From NCBI GenBank assembly GCA_965237525.1, contig CBDEFO010000003.1:64001-128000 (forward strand): a stretch of 64,000 nt of DNA, written 5' to 3'. The notes under the pieces were generated by a model that saw only the letters and a list, made by a program, of their open reading frames with translations, did not search any database and had not been told where the DNA came from. Positions 40,003 through 51,381 of this stretch are shown here, in pieces; positions within the stretch are counted from its first letter, which is position 1, and each line of letters starts with the position of its first letter. The translations under genes were made by a program, and so were the position numbers. The DNA comes from Candidatus Latescibacterota bacterium. GTDB taxonomy: Bacteria > Latescibacterota > CBDEFO01.

Positions 40003-40926
40003 ATGATGGACATACAAGCCGTTGCCTTTGGAGAGATCGTCTTCGACTGTTTCGAGGACAGCAGCTGTATAGGAGGTGCTCCGCTGAACTTTGCCTGGTA
40101 TCTTCGCCAGTTTGGCATTTCAGTGGCCATAGTGAGTGCAGTCGGCCGGGATAAGCTCGGAAATACCGCGCTGCGCCTGCTGCATGAGGCGGATATCGAC
40201 CCATCCTGGGTCTCTCGTAGATCAGAGCCCACAGGTACCGTGGATATCCAGCTGTTGGATGGCCAGCCAAGATACACGATCAACGAAGGTACAGCTTGGG
40301 AATACATAGAGCTTCCGAGTGACCTGGGAAAGATTCAGCCAACGCTGCTCTATTTTGGTACGGCAGCGCAGAAGACCCAGGTGAATCGTTCTACCCTTAG
40401 AAGACTGTGGACGCTCAAACCCCGCCATTCTTTCTTCGACGTCAATCTGCGCCAGGACCACTATTCTGGTGAAATCGTCCTGGACGGGCTCAGAGCGGCC
40501 ACCATTTTGAAACTCAACCACAAGGAGTGGAGAGTAATCCAACAGCTTACCTCTCTGGAGGCGCCGGACCAGATCTTGGAGACCTTCGGTCTGGAGATCA
40601 TAGCCCTGACCCGGGGCAGCCAAGGGGCGGTTCTGTATGTACCCGGCAAAGGGTACGAGGCGGAAAGTACCCAGGTAGATGTGGTGGACACTGTCGGCGC
40701 CGGAGATGCTTTCAGCGCAGCTCTGGCTTCCGGGGTGATCTTGGGCGCCGATCTGAAGTATACCTTGCAGGTCGCCTGTAAAGTGGGCACCTATGTGGTG
40801 CAGCGCCGGGGAGCGCAAATCCAGCTAGCGAAAGAGTTGCACGGTGCTTTCAAGCACAAATCTCCTCCTTTGGATAGAAGAAAACATCAGAGTCCGCCAA
40901 GAAGGCCCAAAGTTCCGAGAGAGTAG
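40003..40926 (+). CDS. PfkB-family sugar kinase (fructokinase-like)
   Basis: GGAPLN, FDVNLR, DTVGAGDAF. Confidence 0.9.
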   Translation: MMDIQAVAFGEIVFDCFEDSSCIGGAPLNFAWYLRQFGISVAIVSAVGRDKLGNTALRLLHEADIDPSWVSRRSEPTGTVDIQLLDGQPRYTINEGTAWEYIELPSDLGKIQPTLLYFGTAAQKTQVNRSTLRRLWTLKPRHSFFDVNLRQDHYSGEIVLDGLRAATILKLNHKEWRVIQQLTSLEAPDQILETFGLEIIALTRGSQGAVLYVPGKGYEAESTQVDVVDTVGAGDAFSAALASGVILGADLKYTLQVACKVGTYVVQRRGAQIQLAKELHGAFKHKSPPLDRRKHQSPPRRPKVPRE

Positions 40927-41013
40927 ATTCTTTTCGATCTTAGCCCCTCCTTTGTGCCCTTTGCGGTTCAAGTAATAGCCCGGTCAAGACGAAATTGGGA
41001 AGGAGAGAACGCA

Positions 41014-41640
41014 GTGAAGCTACAACTTGCTTTAGATCTTGTCGATATCCAGGGGGCAAGATCCCTGCTTGAAAAGGTCGCTGATCTGATAGACATAGCT
41101 GAAATAGGGACCCCCTTCGTTATAAACGAGGGCGTGAACGCTGTTACGGAGATCAAGAAGGCCTATCCTGAACTTGAAGTGCTGGCCGACCTCAAAATCA
41201 TGGATGAAGGAGCGCTTGAGTCAAAGATAGCGTTTGAAGCCGGAGCCGATATCGTAACCGTGCTTGGTGTGACTAATGACGTCACGATTCAGGGCGCCGT
41301 AAATCAGGCCCGCGCATATGATAAAAAGGTGATGGTGGATATGATGGCGGTCATTGATTTACCCGAGCGCGCCCGTCAAATAGACGCTATGGGAGCCGAT
41401 TATGTCTGTGTCCACACCTCCACCGATGTTCAGAAACTGGGCCTGAACCCTTTGCACGAACTTGAACTTGTGCATCCGCTCTTGGAGCATGCTGGGTTGG
41501 CGGTAGCTGGTGGAGTAAAACCAGAGATACTATCTCAGATTGTGACTTTTCGTCCGGAAATCGTAGTTGTGGGTAGTTTCATAACCGGTCATCCGGATCC
41601 ACGCGAGGCCGCCCTTGCAATAAGGGAAGGGCTGAACTAG
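41014..41640 (+). CDS. hxlA: 3-hexulose-6-phosphate synthase
   Basis: LQLALD, EIGTP, ADLKIMD, VAGG. Confidence 0.9.
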   Translation: MKLQLALDLVDIQGARSLLEKVADLIDIAEIGTPFVINEGVNAVTEIKKAYPELEVLADLKIMDEGALESKIAFEAGADIVTVLGVTNDVTIQGAVNQARAYDKKVMVDMMAVIDLPERARQIDAMGADYVCVHTSTDVQKLGLNPLHELELVHPLLEHAGLAVAGGVKPEILSQIVTFRPEIVVVGSFITGHPDPREAALAIREGLN

Positions 41641-41653
41641 AGAGGAAGATGCG

Positions 41654-42214
41654 GTGAGCATACAAACATACATCGATCAGATACTCGACGAGCTAAGAAG
41701 AACCCTGGCTCACGTATCCAACGATCAGGGGGAAAAACTTGCCAGGGCTATCGTAGATGCCGGGACTGTCTTTGTTGCAGGGGCAGGCCGGTCGGGTCTG
41801 GCGATGAAGAGTTTTTCTATGCGTTTGATGCACCTGGGTTTTGACAGCTATGTGGTGGGAGAAACCATAACACCTAATATAACGGACAAAGATCTGCTGT
41901 TGATCGGCTCAGGTTCCGGTGCAACTGAAAGCATAGTAGTAAATGCCGACAAAGCCCATAGAATTGGCGCTACAGTTGGCCTCATAACTATTCAGGAGGA
42001 CTCACCTATCGGTCGGGTGGCAGATCTGATCCTCACTATACCCGCCCCTACGCCCAAGATAGATAGAGACCTCGGCTTTATGTCGCTCCAACCCATGGGG
42101 TCTCTGTTTGAACAGAGCCTCCTGTTGACCCTGGATGCGATCATCCTTATGCTGATGGACAAAACCCGGAGAGACAAGGATGCCATGTTCGAAAGACACG
42201 CCAATCTGGAATAA
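41654..42214 (+). CDS. hxlB: 6-phospho-3-hexuloisomerase
   Basis: GAGRSG, MRLMHLG, GSGSG, PMGSLFEQ, HANLE. Confidence 0.95.
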   Translation: MSIQTYIDQILDELRRTLAHVSNDQGEKLARAIVDAGTVFVAGAGRSGLAMKSFSMRLMHLGFDSYVVGETITPNITDKDLLLIGSGSGATESIVVNADKAHRIGATVGLITIQEDSPIGRVADLILTIPAPTPKIDRDLGFMSLQPMGSLFEQSLLLTLDAIILMLMDKTRRDKDAMFERHANLE

Positions 42215-42594
42215 CGGAGTATGAACATAGCGCGTATTCTGGTCGTCTGCATGAACAGAACAGCAAGATTCACATTTTAGATTACGGGCATGCGACCGCG
42301 ATAGGGAATCCAGGCGGTGCGGAAAACAGATTAATCAGTGCAACTTTAGCTATGCATTACAATATGAAAAAATCATATTCGTAAAGCCAACGTCTATCGT
42401 AACAGAACAAAAATAAGGAAAGTCCGGAATCGTTCCAGCAGAAACGCAGCAGACAATAGTCAGTCAGTAGAGGTTGAATGCCAAATGAAATGAGAGCGCT
42501 AGACAGTTGTTCAGTTGTGATTCGGAAAGGTTGCTCTTCTCAAGAATTTGTCACACGTTGGACGACCTTCTTGCCCTTACAACCTGAAATTAAA

Positions 42595-42645
42595 TGTAGG
42601 GGCGCGGTTGACTCGCCCCAAGAGCAGGGTTACCCTGCCCCTACG
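42595..42645. repeat. GTAG-type REP doublet
   Basis: GTAGGGGCG...CGCCCC...GCAGGGTTACCCTGCCCCTAC. Confidence 0.55.
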
Positions 42646-42718
42646 AATACGCATGTGGGGGGCAAAGCGTTCCTGGAAAAACTGAGACCAAAATGTTTTG
42701 CCTTTCCGAATCACAGCT

Positions 42719-42983
42719 AAGATCTATTTTATCAGGCAAGTTAAAGAGGACACACAACAAGCAGATAAAGCCGTGATCCCCGATTGATTCTATCGGGGAT
42801 GTCTTAAATGACAAAGTGTTTCTTCCCTCCTTTTACATCAACTACTTTGTCCTGGCTGAATGGAACCTAAAAGAAGAACAATTATACATCCATTTTGAAA
42901 AGGAGCAAAAACCAAAGGTTATCAGAAAGCTATCATTCAAGATTAATCAAAGATCCAAAGAGAAGTGTTCTCATTTCATATGA
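42719..42983 (+). pseudogene. Gene 3' remnant (possibly transposase) disrupted by a 19-bp palindrome
   Basis: KIYFIRQVKE..AVI|DVLNDKVF..YFVLAEWNL..HFI* is in frame once 42779-42797 is removed. Confidence 0.4.
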
Positions 42984-43167
42984 CCAATAACCAGTAGATA
43001 CTGCACCTCCTTCTACTTTAGCCGTCCTTGCAGGGCGACGCAGGAGCAAGCCCCCCATAGATTCAATCGAGGGCAAGCCACGAAGTAGGGTAAGCAATCT
43101 GCGTTATACTGCCTCCACCTTTGTGCTGTCCAATGTGTGCTGACTGCTTGTCCTACGACTATAGCTT

Positions 43168-44211
43168 CTATGTTACAGGAAGTTCGACTTCCGCCTCCCT
43201 TAAGTACCTTGCGGCGTCTTCAGGCAGAGTGGGATTGATGTAAAATCCGGTTCCCCACTCAAAGCCTGCTACCTTTGTCAGCCTCGGGATGATCTCAATA
43301 TGCCAGTGGAAATCGAACTCCAGAGTTCCCCAGTAGCCGGGTCTTCTGGGTCCTGCCTCCGTGTTCGGAGCCGTATGCAGCATAAAATTATACGGCGGAT
43401 CTGAAAGACTTACCTTCAATTTGGCTAACACATCCTTCAGACTCTCACATAGTGCCCCTATTTGGTCCTCTTGTATATCCCCAAAATCGTGAGAATGCCG
43501 GGTTGGAGCTAAAAAGACCTCAAAGGGGAACCTGGACGCGTAAGGGGCTATCGCCACAAAGTCGCCGTTTTCGAAGATAAGCCTCTCTCCTGACGAGATC
43601 TCCTGATCTATCACATCGCAGAAGAGACATCTTTCCTTTAACATGTAGTGATTCTTTGCCGAATCGAGCTCTTGAGCAACAATCTTAGGAGTAACTGGAG
43701 TTGCTATCAGTTGAGTGTGAGGGTGAGAAAGCGACGCTCCGGCAACTTCCCCGTAGTTTTTGAATATCAGGATATACCTGAACCTTGGATCCTTCTTGAG
43801 GTCGTTCAATCGGAGCTTGTAAGCTTTCACCACAAGTTCTAGATCCTCTACAGGCATATCTGCCATATTCACAGTGTGGTCAGGCGTCTCGATCACCACC
43901 TCATGTGCACCAACGCCGTTCATAACATCGAATATACCGACGCCCCTTCGGTCCAGATCTCCTTCGATTCTCAAAGCTGCAAACTTATTGGGAACTACCC
44001 TCACCTTCCACCCCGGAGAGTTAGGTTCTGTCCCTTTATCCCTGAAGGCGAATATCTCGGGAGGCGTCTTATCCTCATTTCCACCGCAGAATGGACAGAA
44101 ATCCGGTATCGGTTCCTCGGCGGTTATATTGAAGTCTGAGGGTCTCCTTGCCCTTTCTGTAGATATTATAACCCATCTTCTCTGTATGGGGTCGTGCCTC
44201 AATTCTGGCAT
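43168..44211 (-). CDS. galT: Galactose-1-phosphate uridylyltransferase-like (GalT family)
   Basis: RARRP, CPFC, PNKF, GASLSHPHTQ, HWHIE. Confidence 0.9.
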   Translation of the reverse strand: MPELRHDPIQRRWVIISTERARRPSDFNITAEEPIPDFCPFCGGNEDKTPPEIFAFRDKGTEPNSPGWKVRVVPNKFAALRIEGDLDRRGVGIFDVMNGVGAHEVVIETPDHTVNMADMPVEDLELVVKAYKLRLNDLKKDPRFRYILIFKNYGEVAGASLSHPHTQLIATPVTPKIVAQELDSAKNHYMLKERCLFCDVIDQEISSGERLIFENGDFVAIAPYASRFPFEVFLAPTRHSHDFGDIQEDQIGALCESLKDVLAKLKVSLSDPPYNFMLHTAPNTEAGPRRPGYWGTLEFDFHWHIEIIPRLTKVAGFEWGTGFYINPTLPEDAARYLREAEVELPVT

Positions 44212-44240
44212 ATTAACACCTCTGATCCCCGACCCCTGAT

Positions 44241-46403
44241 TTAATCGAGGACCAAAACACAAAACTCAAAGTTGCATTCCCATCTATCTTTAGGACCTAT
44301 CCCTATCTTCCAATTGGGAAACACAACGGAGCTTTGATATGTCCTTTCAAAGCCTTTTTCCGATTGCGAAACTGTCTCCACAGGAAAACGCCATACGTCT
44401 GTCTTTCTATCGAATTTTAACGACACAGTCAAATTCCGATCATCGTCGTCTAAATCTATCCTATCTATTCCTTCAACAGCTCCTGTGCTCCCTAAACTGC
44501 AATCCTTTAAGTCCACTTGTAAATTTCGACTACGGATCTCGTAGTGCCTTGCTGGTCCCTCTCCTGATAGAAATGAAAAATTAAACTCCACGCCGAACCA
44601 GAGTTCTACGTCCGCATCCAGAGGGTTTTCAATAACGTAGCGCACATCCACTTGGGCGTTAGATTTAGACATCTTAAGCTTCTTGGACACCGTCAAAGGT
44701 TGTTTCTTTTGTCCGTATATCCCCCCATCTCTTCGCATTGATACCTCTTTGCCACCATTTTGATCCTTAATATCGTACAAATAAGGCTGATTCACAAAAT
44801 CTCCCAACTCCCGGTACTCGCACGCCTTGAATCCTTCAAGTGAGGTCCCTTCTCCCAGGAAATGATCCAGAAAGCACACTCTGTTGTACCAGTCATATTT
44901 GAGATAACGCTCGATTCCCTCCTCCGTCACCTTAGCCAGGTCGTGAATACTGCCAGGCCCTTCATACTGTTTGCCCTCCACTTCTACCTCATACCTGCCC
45001 TCTATGATATCCCTGTGATAGCTTTCAGGCCTCCTTGACAGAGTGTTCACCAGATTGAAATCTCTCGGCTTGTAGTCCAATTCAAAGAGTGACCCGCCGT
45101 AGGAAGGATCAAGATACAGATTCAGCAGGCCGTTGCTCAAGATAATCTCATCTTTTCCGTCCCCGTCAAAATCCAACTCCTCGGACTCAATCCAATCTCC
45201 TGAACCTTTTTCCTCTTCATCGGAGATCCTTTCGGCCCTTATAAGGTGTCTGTAAACGGTGTCCCTTAGATGAGGCAGATAGAGACCTCCGAACACGCCG
45301 TGCCAGTAAGCACAGTTACACTGTCCTTTCCATAGCTCGCTTATAGCTTCTCCCTCCCCTTTTAAATCGACTTTCCTGCTCACAGAGAGCATCTTTTTGT
45401 GCATATTGTTGCTCTCATCATACTTGGCCAGGAACCCCCTCCAGAATCCGCCCTTTAAGAACACCTTATACTTTTCTATCTCTCCTTTGTCCTTCAAATC
45501 CTCCACAATATCCTCAAGCTCCGCTCCCTTTTGAGATGGGAGAGTCCATTGGCTCATCTCAAAATAAGAGGCTGTCGGGAGGTATGCCCTGCCTGAAGCC
45601 GGGTGCTTATCGGTGAAGTCCGAAAAGGTAGTGGTATTAATCCAATCGCTGTTCTCCTCCAGAGCACAGAAGAACTTCTCCAGCCACTTCTCCTTATAGA
45701 CCCAATCGTAAGTCTTGGGCCATAGGCCGAACTTCTCTCCGTCGTCAACGATCACCGATAACCTGTCTCGATTCAGAGAGGTCGGATCGTTCTCAGTGCC
45801 CATGTCTCGTAGATAATCGATTGTAAATTCTGGTAACTTGAACGGAATTCCGTATCTCAGCCTTTCGCTTATCGGAAAGATAGAGAGCACATACCCCTGT
45901 TCTTCAGTATTGAAATATCCGTAGAGTTCCTCTTCGTTGAATCCGGCGCTTTTGAAGTGATAATCGTCGAGGGCTACATACTTTATCCCCGCCTCAGCCA
46001 GCGGCTTGGGTAGGTGAGGCTCCCATACCCTTTCAGGCAGCCACATCCCCCTTGCCTCGTACCCGAATCTATCCTTGATGTAATCTGTCAACATCTCTAT
46101 TTGACCTATCTTATCCCTGTCGGGGATAATAGGCATAATAGGCTCGTAGAATCCCCCGGTCATCATCTCGACCTGTCCTCTATCTACTAACTCTTTCAGC
46201 ATAGCGATAAACTCAGGTCTCTTTTGCTCTATCCATTCCAGAAGACAGCCGGAATAGTGCAGAACCATCTTTATAGAGGGGTGCCTTGAAAGGATCTGGA
46301 TAAAGGGCAGATACGACTTTTTGTAGGCCATTTGAAAGACAGAGTCAAAATTCCCCACTGGTTGATGGCAGTGTATCCCGAATATAAGATTTATCCTCTT
46401 CAT
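44241..46403 (-). CDS. GH57 4-alpha-glucanotransferase/alpha-amylase
   Basis: HCHQP, WLPERVW, DDGEKFG, QCNCAYWHG. Confidence 0.92.
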   Translation of the reverse strand: MKRINLIFGIHCHQPVGNFDSVFQMAYKKSYLPFIQILSRHPSIKMVLHYSGCLLEWIEQKRPEFIAMLKELVDRGQVEMMTGGFYEPIMPIIPDRDKIGQIEMLTDYIKDRFGYEARGMWLPERVWEPHLPKPLAEAGIKYVALDDYHFKSAGFNEEELYGYFNTEEQGYVLSIFPISERLRYGIPFKLPEFTIDYLRDMGTENDPTSLNRDRLSVIVDDGEKFGLWPKTYDWVYKEKWLEKFFCALEENSDWINTTTFSDFTDKHPASGRAYLPTASYFEMSQWTLPSQKGAELEDIVEDLKDKGEIEKYKVFLKGGFWRGFLAKYDESNNMHKKMLSVSRKVDLKGEGEAISELWKGQCNCAYWHGVFGGLYLPHLRDTVYRHLIRAERISDEEEKGSGDWIESEELDFDGDGKDEIILSNGLLNLYLDPSYGGSLFELDYKPRDFNLVNTLSRRPESYHRDIIEGRYEVEVEGKQYEGPGSIHDLAKVTEEGIERYLKYDWYNRVCFLDHFLGEGTSLEGFKACEYRELGDFVNQPYLYDIKDQNGGKEVSMRRDGGIYGQKKQPLTVSKKLKMSKSNAQVDVRYVIENPLDADVELWFGVEFNFSFLSGEGPARHYEIRSRNLQVDLKDCSLGSTGAVEGIDRIDLDDDDRNLTVSLKFDRKTDVWRFPVETVSQSEKGFERTYQSSVVFPNWKIGIGPKDRWECNFEFCVLVLD

Positions 46404-48593
46404 ACGTACCACATCCTCTCCAGAAAATCCTTCCCGGGGACCTCTACTGTCATGGCTCCGTGCAGAGGCCACACCTCCATCTGTGAACCACCCTTCACAA
46501 CGTATATCCTTACCCCAACGCTCTCTCCCTTCGACGCTCCCAGGGTGTCAAACGGCACTTTTACCTCGAACACCTTATCTACTCCTACTTCGATATCTGG
46601 GAAGTTCTTATTGTTGTTCTCAAGGGACATATCGAGTCCCAATCTATCTTTTCCCACAACCTCTATCGCGACAGAGATGCCTTCATCTCTCATCTGGTCG
46701 GGACTTATTGTCGTATCCGCTCTCAGATAGAGATTCTCTAGATCGAAGCCGTAATGCACGTTCTTTAAGATCGTTCCTCCTCGATGCGTCGAACCCCTTT
46801 CGCCACCCATGCTGTGGCATCCTGCGCTCAACCACTCATAGTACCCTGTCACCTTTCCATCTATAACGGGGCATATGAAATCCACAGGCTCCTTGAAAGG
46901 CAGTCGCTTCTCCACCTTTGTAAGAGGAACATCCAGATATCCCGGCGGTTCTTTGCCTATCAACTGGTAGAAATTCTTCAGATGACCTCTGAAGAGACTG
47001 TCGAACTGCTCATCGTGTGATGACGAATGATCTGCCCCGTACCACCAGAACCAGTCGCTTCCCTGGGCCATATAGATCTCATCTTGCGCTCTTCTTACTG
47101 CAGGAGATCCCACCCGATTTAATCGGGAGGGATCCTCTTTTAGACTGTCCAGTTCATCACCAGCCATCTTTAGATACTCCCAGCCCCTATTCTCCTCTTC
47201 GTCGCCTATCCAGGTCCCGAAATTGGCGTCTATCCACGAACCCGGAAAGATCCTCTTCAAACGCGTCCCTTCAGGGTGCATCTTTAGAAAAGAATTAAAA
47301 GTTATAGTCTTTAATCCTTTGGTGTTACTCAACTTCTTGTACAGCGCCCTTAGAAACTCGGCTCCATTTTCCCTGTAATTCTCCCAGGCGTTCTCACCAT
47401 CCAATATTATCGAAACTATGTGCGCTCCACTGTCTGCCTCAATGCCGTCTCTTATATTCAAAAGGCGCCCCACGAAGTCCTCCGCCGCTTTTTTGGCATC
47501 CCATGTTTGATACACAAACCCTATAAGGTCGGACAATCTGTGGTCTCTGAAGAAGAGCTTTATGTCCCCGATTGAACCCCCCCCCGATTAAATCGGGGGG
47601 GGGGGATTTGTCTCCATCTCCGAAGCTGTACATCCGAAAGGGCGTTCCACTTTTTCCGCTTAGCTTGAGAGACTCCCTCAAAACTCCGTCGTCGCTTGCC
47701 ATCCAATCTATCCCCAAACCGGCGGCGATATTCCCAACTTCCTGGCTTATCGAACCTTCAGATGGCCACATTCCAGAAGGAGTTTTTCCAAGAATCCTAT
47801 TGTGAAACTCTAAAGCTTCCACAATCTGAGCCCTGGCATCCCCTGGCCTTTTTAACTTCAAGCGGGGGAGATTAGCTTGCGGAAGACCCTCCCTTGCTGA
47901 ATCAGTATCGCACAAAAGCGGCAATATGGGATGATGAAAGGGACTAGTAGATATTTCGATCCTTTCTTCATCCCACAATCTTCTGTAAATCTGGGTTATC
48001 TTGCCTATAATCTCTCTTTCCAACTCAAGGAGGACCCTCTTATTGTCCTCAGAATAGCCCCTTCCCTTCCTCAAAAGTTCCACTATCTGATCTTTCTCTT
48101 TCAGACTATTCCCGCACCACGCCAGATTGAAGCAGACCTGAAGGTCCAGAAAATCCTCCTTCTTAAACCTCTGTACTGCCCTTTCCAGATTATCCCCGTC
48201 TCTACGTCTCATCGCGTAGAGTTCATAATATCTCTTAAAGGGTTTTATCATATTTTCAAAATTTGCGTGGAAGAAATTTTCCAAGATAAAGACCTTATCA
48301 TCCAAAGAGAGTTCTTCGGCTTCCTTTTTCGTCAGCTCCCAGAATTTATCGCTGGCCTTTCCCTCAGCGTAATCCTTCAACTGGACTAAAAGCGATGGGA
48401 CCAAATTAAACGTCACCCTCACCTCCTCGCATTCATCCACGATAGCTGCCATATCGTAATAATCCTTAATACCGTGCAGATACACCCATGGCAGAATGTA
48501 CTCCCCTGAGGAAAGGTCCTTATAAAATGGCTGGTGCATGTGCCACAAAAACGCCACATAGAGCGGATGCCCCGATTTTGTCGAAGCATCCAC
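46400..48593 (-). CDS. GH57 amylopullulanase-type protein, frameshifted in poly-C/poly-G at 47577-47605
   Basis: WHMHQP and WPSEG in 47439..48593; SDLIGF, LDGENAWE and SDWFWW in 46400..47536. Confidence 0.85.
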
Positions 48594-48594
48594 G

Positions 48595-49827
48595 CTATTT
48601 CCCCCTCCTGACTTCCACCTTCAAAACCCTCCTGTCGGTCGCATCCACAACCCTGAACCATACGCCCTCTTGTGACATAATCTCCCCTACCTTGGGTAGC
48701 CTTCCGAAAAACGAGATGAGCATTCCGCCTATCGTCTCGTAATCCTCCTTTTCAATCTTCAAGCCAAGTTTTTCGTTCAATTCATCTATCTCCATCCTAC
48801 CTTCTACGACTACTGCATCCCTTGTGAGCTCAATTCCACTTGATCTATCGTATTCATCCTCTATTTCTCCCACGACTTCCTCTACAATATCTTCCAAGGT
48901 TACTATCCCGGAGATTCCCCCATACTCATCCACGACCGTGCCCACATGCTTCCCGTTGGCCCTGAGATCGGCCAGTACTTCCTCGGCGCTTTTCGTCTCA
49001 GGCACGATATAGACATCGTCCATGACCTCTTCAACAGGGGCATTTTCGTCCAACCCAATTAGATCGACGGCGTGAACCATGCCCACCACATTATCCACTC
49101 TGTCTCTATAGACCGGAATCCTCGAATGTCCTGTCTGGATCATCAGTTTTGCAGTATGACCAACATTTTCAGACACAGACACAGCCACAATATCTATCAG
49201 GGGGACCATAATCTCCCTAGTTCTGAGCTCCCCAAAGTGGAATATATGGTGGATCATTCTTCTTTCATCTCTGTGCAGAGCTCCGTGCCTTTCACCCTCC
49301 CTTACGAGTATCTGAATCTCATCTCTGGTGACAAAGGGGCTTTCATTTTTGACATCGCCGCCAACTATCTTGGCAATAAGATTTGAAATAGAAGTAACAA
49401 TCGCCACAATGGGGAGCATCGCAAAATACGACACCTTCAGAGGAAAGATTGTTACGAGGACCAACCTGTCGGCATACTGCCTTGCCAGGGACATCGGCAC
49501 TATCTCGCCGAAGATAAGGATCAGAGGCCACATAATCGCCGCAGAGACTATAGCCACAAGGTCCTTGCTCACCCATTCGACCGCCAGGCTCGCAGCGACT
49601 GCAGACCCTGCGACAATAGGCAAGTTCACTCCCACCATCGTAGCTGCCAAGAATTTCTGTGGCTCATCCAAAAAATCCACGGCAACCTTTGCCAGCTTGT
49701 TACCGCTTTCGGACAGATGGCGCAATTTTAGCCTGTTGCAGGAGAGCATAACCATTTCAACTCCGCTAAAAAACGCCTGTGCTCCCAGGCACATAAGGAT
49801 GATGATTATTCCTGTAAGTTCACTCAA
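48595..49827 (-). CDS. CNNM/HlyC-CorC family (DUF21-CBS-CorC) protein
   Basis: FFSGVE, FGEIVP, HSRIPVY, VDEYGG, LEDIVEE; start estimated. Confidence 0.9.
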   Translation of the reverse strand: MSELTGIIIILMCLGAQAFFSGVEMVMLSCNRLKLRHLSESGNKLAKVAVDFLDEPQKFLAATMVGVNLPIVAGSAVAASLAVEWVSKDLVAIVSAAIMWPLILIFGEIVPMSLARQYADRLVLVTIFPLKVSYFAMLPIVAIVTSISNLIAKIVGGDVKNESPFVTRDEIQILVREGERHGALHRDERRMIHHIFHFGELRTREIMVPLIDIVAVSVSENVGHTAKLMIQTGHSRIPVYRDRVDNVVGMVHAVDLIGLDENAPVEEVMDDVYIVPETKSAEEVLADLRANGKHVGTVVDEYGGISGIVTLEDIVEEVVGEIEDEYDRSSGIELTRDAVVVEGRMEIDELNEKLGLKIEKEDYETIGGMLISFFGRLPKVGEIMSQEGVWFRVVDATDRRVLKVEVRRGK

Positions 49828-50006
49828 AGTATCCGGCGCTCTCCTTTTTAACAAGTAAGTGGACAGGCGTGCCCCCGCCGCTAAGATTGCTTGGGTCTTA
49901 GGTCCCCTCGCAATGACCCAAGTGAAAGCCAAACGATGTCATTGCGAGCAACAGCTAAGCTATTTCTTAAACAGGACATCACCATCCCTGCGTACTGTCT
50001 ACTTGT

Positions 50007-51281
50007 TCAATCTGTGTCCTCTGAAGAAAGTTCCCCCTGATCTTTTAGCTTTCTGACTTCAACCACATGTATCCTGTTTGCCTCTGCCTCTGTAACCACA
50101 AACTCCATATTATCGTGCACTAACTTATACCCTACATCAGGTATCTTTCCCAGGCGACCAATTATAAATCCTCCAATTGTCTTATGAGCCTCGTCCTGAA
50201 GATTCGTTCCAAATACCTCGTTGAAGGCGTCAAGCTCTATTTGGCCGGCTACCCTCACGGTCATCGAATCAATCCTTTCAAACAAAGTATCCGTTTCCTC
50301 TTTATCAGCTACCTTGCCGAATATTTCCTCCAAAAGGTCCTCCATAGTGACTAAACCCGACACAGAGCCGTACTCATCCACCGCCAAGGCGATGTGGATT
50401 CTATCCCGCCTGAATTCCCTCAGAATCTCTCCTGCCCGCTTTTGCTCAGGCACGAACGACACAGAGCGCAGTCTCCTGCTCATATCAAAGTCATCTTTGC
50501 CCTTAGCTCCTAAAAGATCCTTAGCGTACAGGATCCCGACCACATTGTCAAAATCACCCTTGTAGACCGGTATCCTGGAATATCTTTTCTCCCTTATCGA
50601 ACTTATAACTTCATCTATAGGGGAGTCTATATCCAGCGTGAACATCTGAGCCTTGGGACTCATCACGTCCGCGGCCCTTTTTTTTCCCAGGTCTATCACC
50701 CGTTGCATCATCTCTTTTTCCTTTAGATCGAGCACACCTTCCTGCCCTCCCGCCTCAAGAGCAACCTTCAATTCCTCCTCCGTAATTCCCGATTCAGGGG
50801 GAGGTTCCCCCATGCTTGCCAGCCAGATTATAAGGTCCACAATCGCTCTTACCAATCTCCTCACCGGAAATATGACTTTCGACACTGTGCTTATGATGGG
50901 TGCCACTATAAAAGAAATTCGCTCGGCATTATGAATTGCTATTGTCTTGGGGGCGATCTCGCCGAACACTAATATCAAAAAGCCCATAACGACGATAGAT
51001 ATTTCCAGCCCCATCTCGCCTAAAACCCGCTCAGCTATACGCTCGGCTATAGTTGCAGAATAGATATTTACAAACATGTTCACCGACAAGATAGAGATCA
51101 AGAGTCTCCGTGGGTTCTTTAAAAGTTCCACTATGAGCTTACCCTTCTTATCCTCCTCCTGTTCGAACCTTTCCAATCTCACCTGGCTCAAAGAGAAAAG
51201 CGCTGTCTCAGAACATGAGAAGAACGCTGACAAAAAAAGCAGGATTACCAACATCAATAATGGAAGCCATAGATATTCCAT
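50007..51281 (-). CDS. CNNM/HlyC-CorC family protein
   Basis: FFSCSETA, FGEIAPK, YSRIPVY, VDEYG. Confidence 0.92.
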   Translation of the reverse strand: MEYLWLPLLMLVILLFLSAFFSCSETALFSLSQVRLERFEQEEDKKGKLIVELLKNPRRLLISILSVNMFVNIYSATIAERIAERVLGEMGLEISIVVMGFLILVFGEIAPKTIAIHNAERISFIVAPIISTVSKVIFPVRRLVRAIVDLIIWLASMGEPPPESGITEEELKVALEAGGQEGVLDLKEKEMMQRVIDLGKKRAADVMSPKAQMFTLDIDSPIDEVISSIREKRYSRIPVYKGDFDNVVGILYAKDLLGAKGKDDFDMSRRLRSVSFVPEQKRAGEILREFRRDRIHIALAVDEYGSVSGLVTMEDLLEEIFGKVADKEETDTLFERIDSMTVRVAGQIELDAFNEVFGTNLQDEAHKTIGGFIIGRLGKIPDVGYKLVHDNMEFVVTEAEANRIHVVEVRKLKDQGELSSEDTD

Positions 51282-51381
51282 CTTCGGAACCTATGATAAA
51301 AAAAGGCGTTAAAAGGCCGACGGACTCTGTCAAAGATTATATCGACTCTTCAAACACCTCCACCAACAAGAGTTCAGCCCT

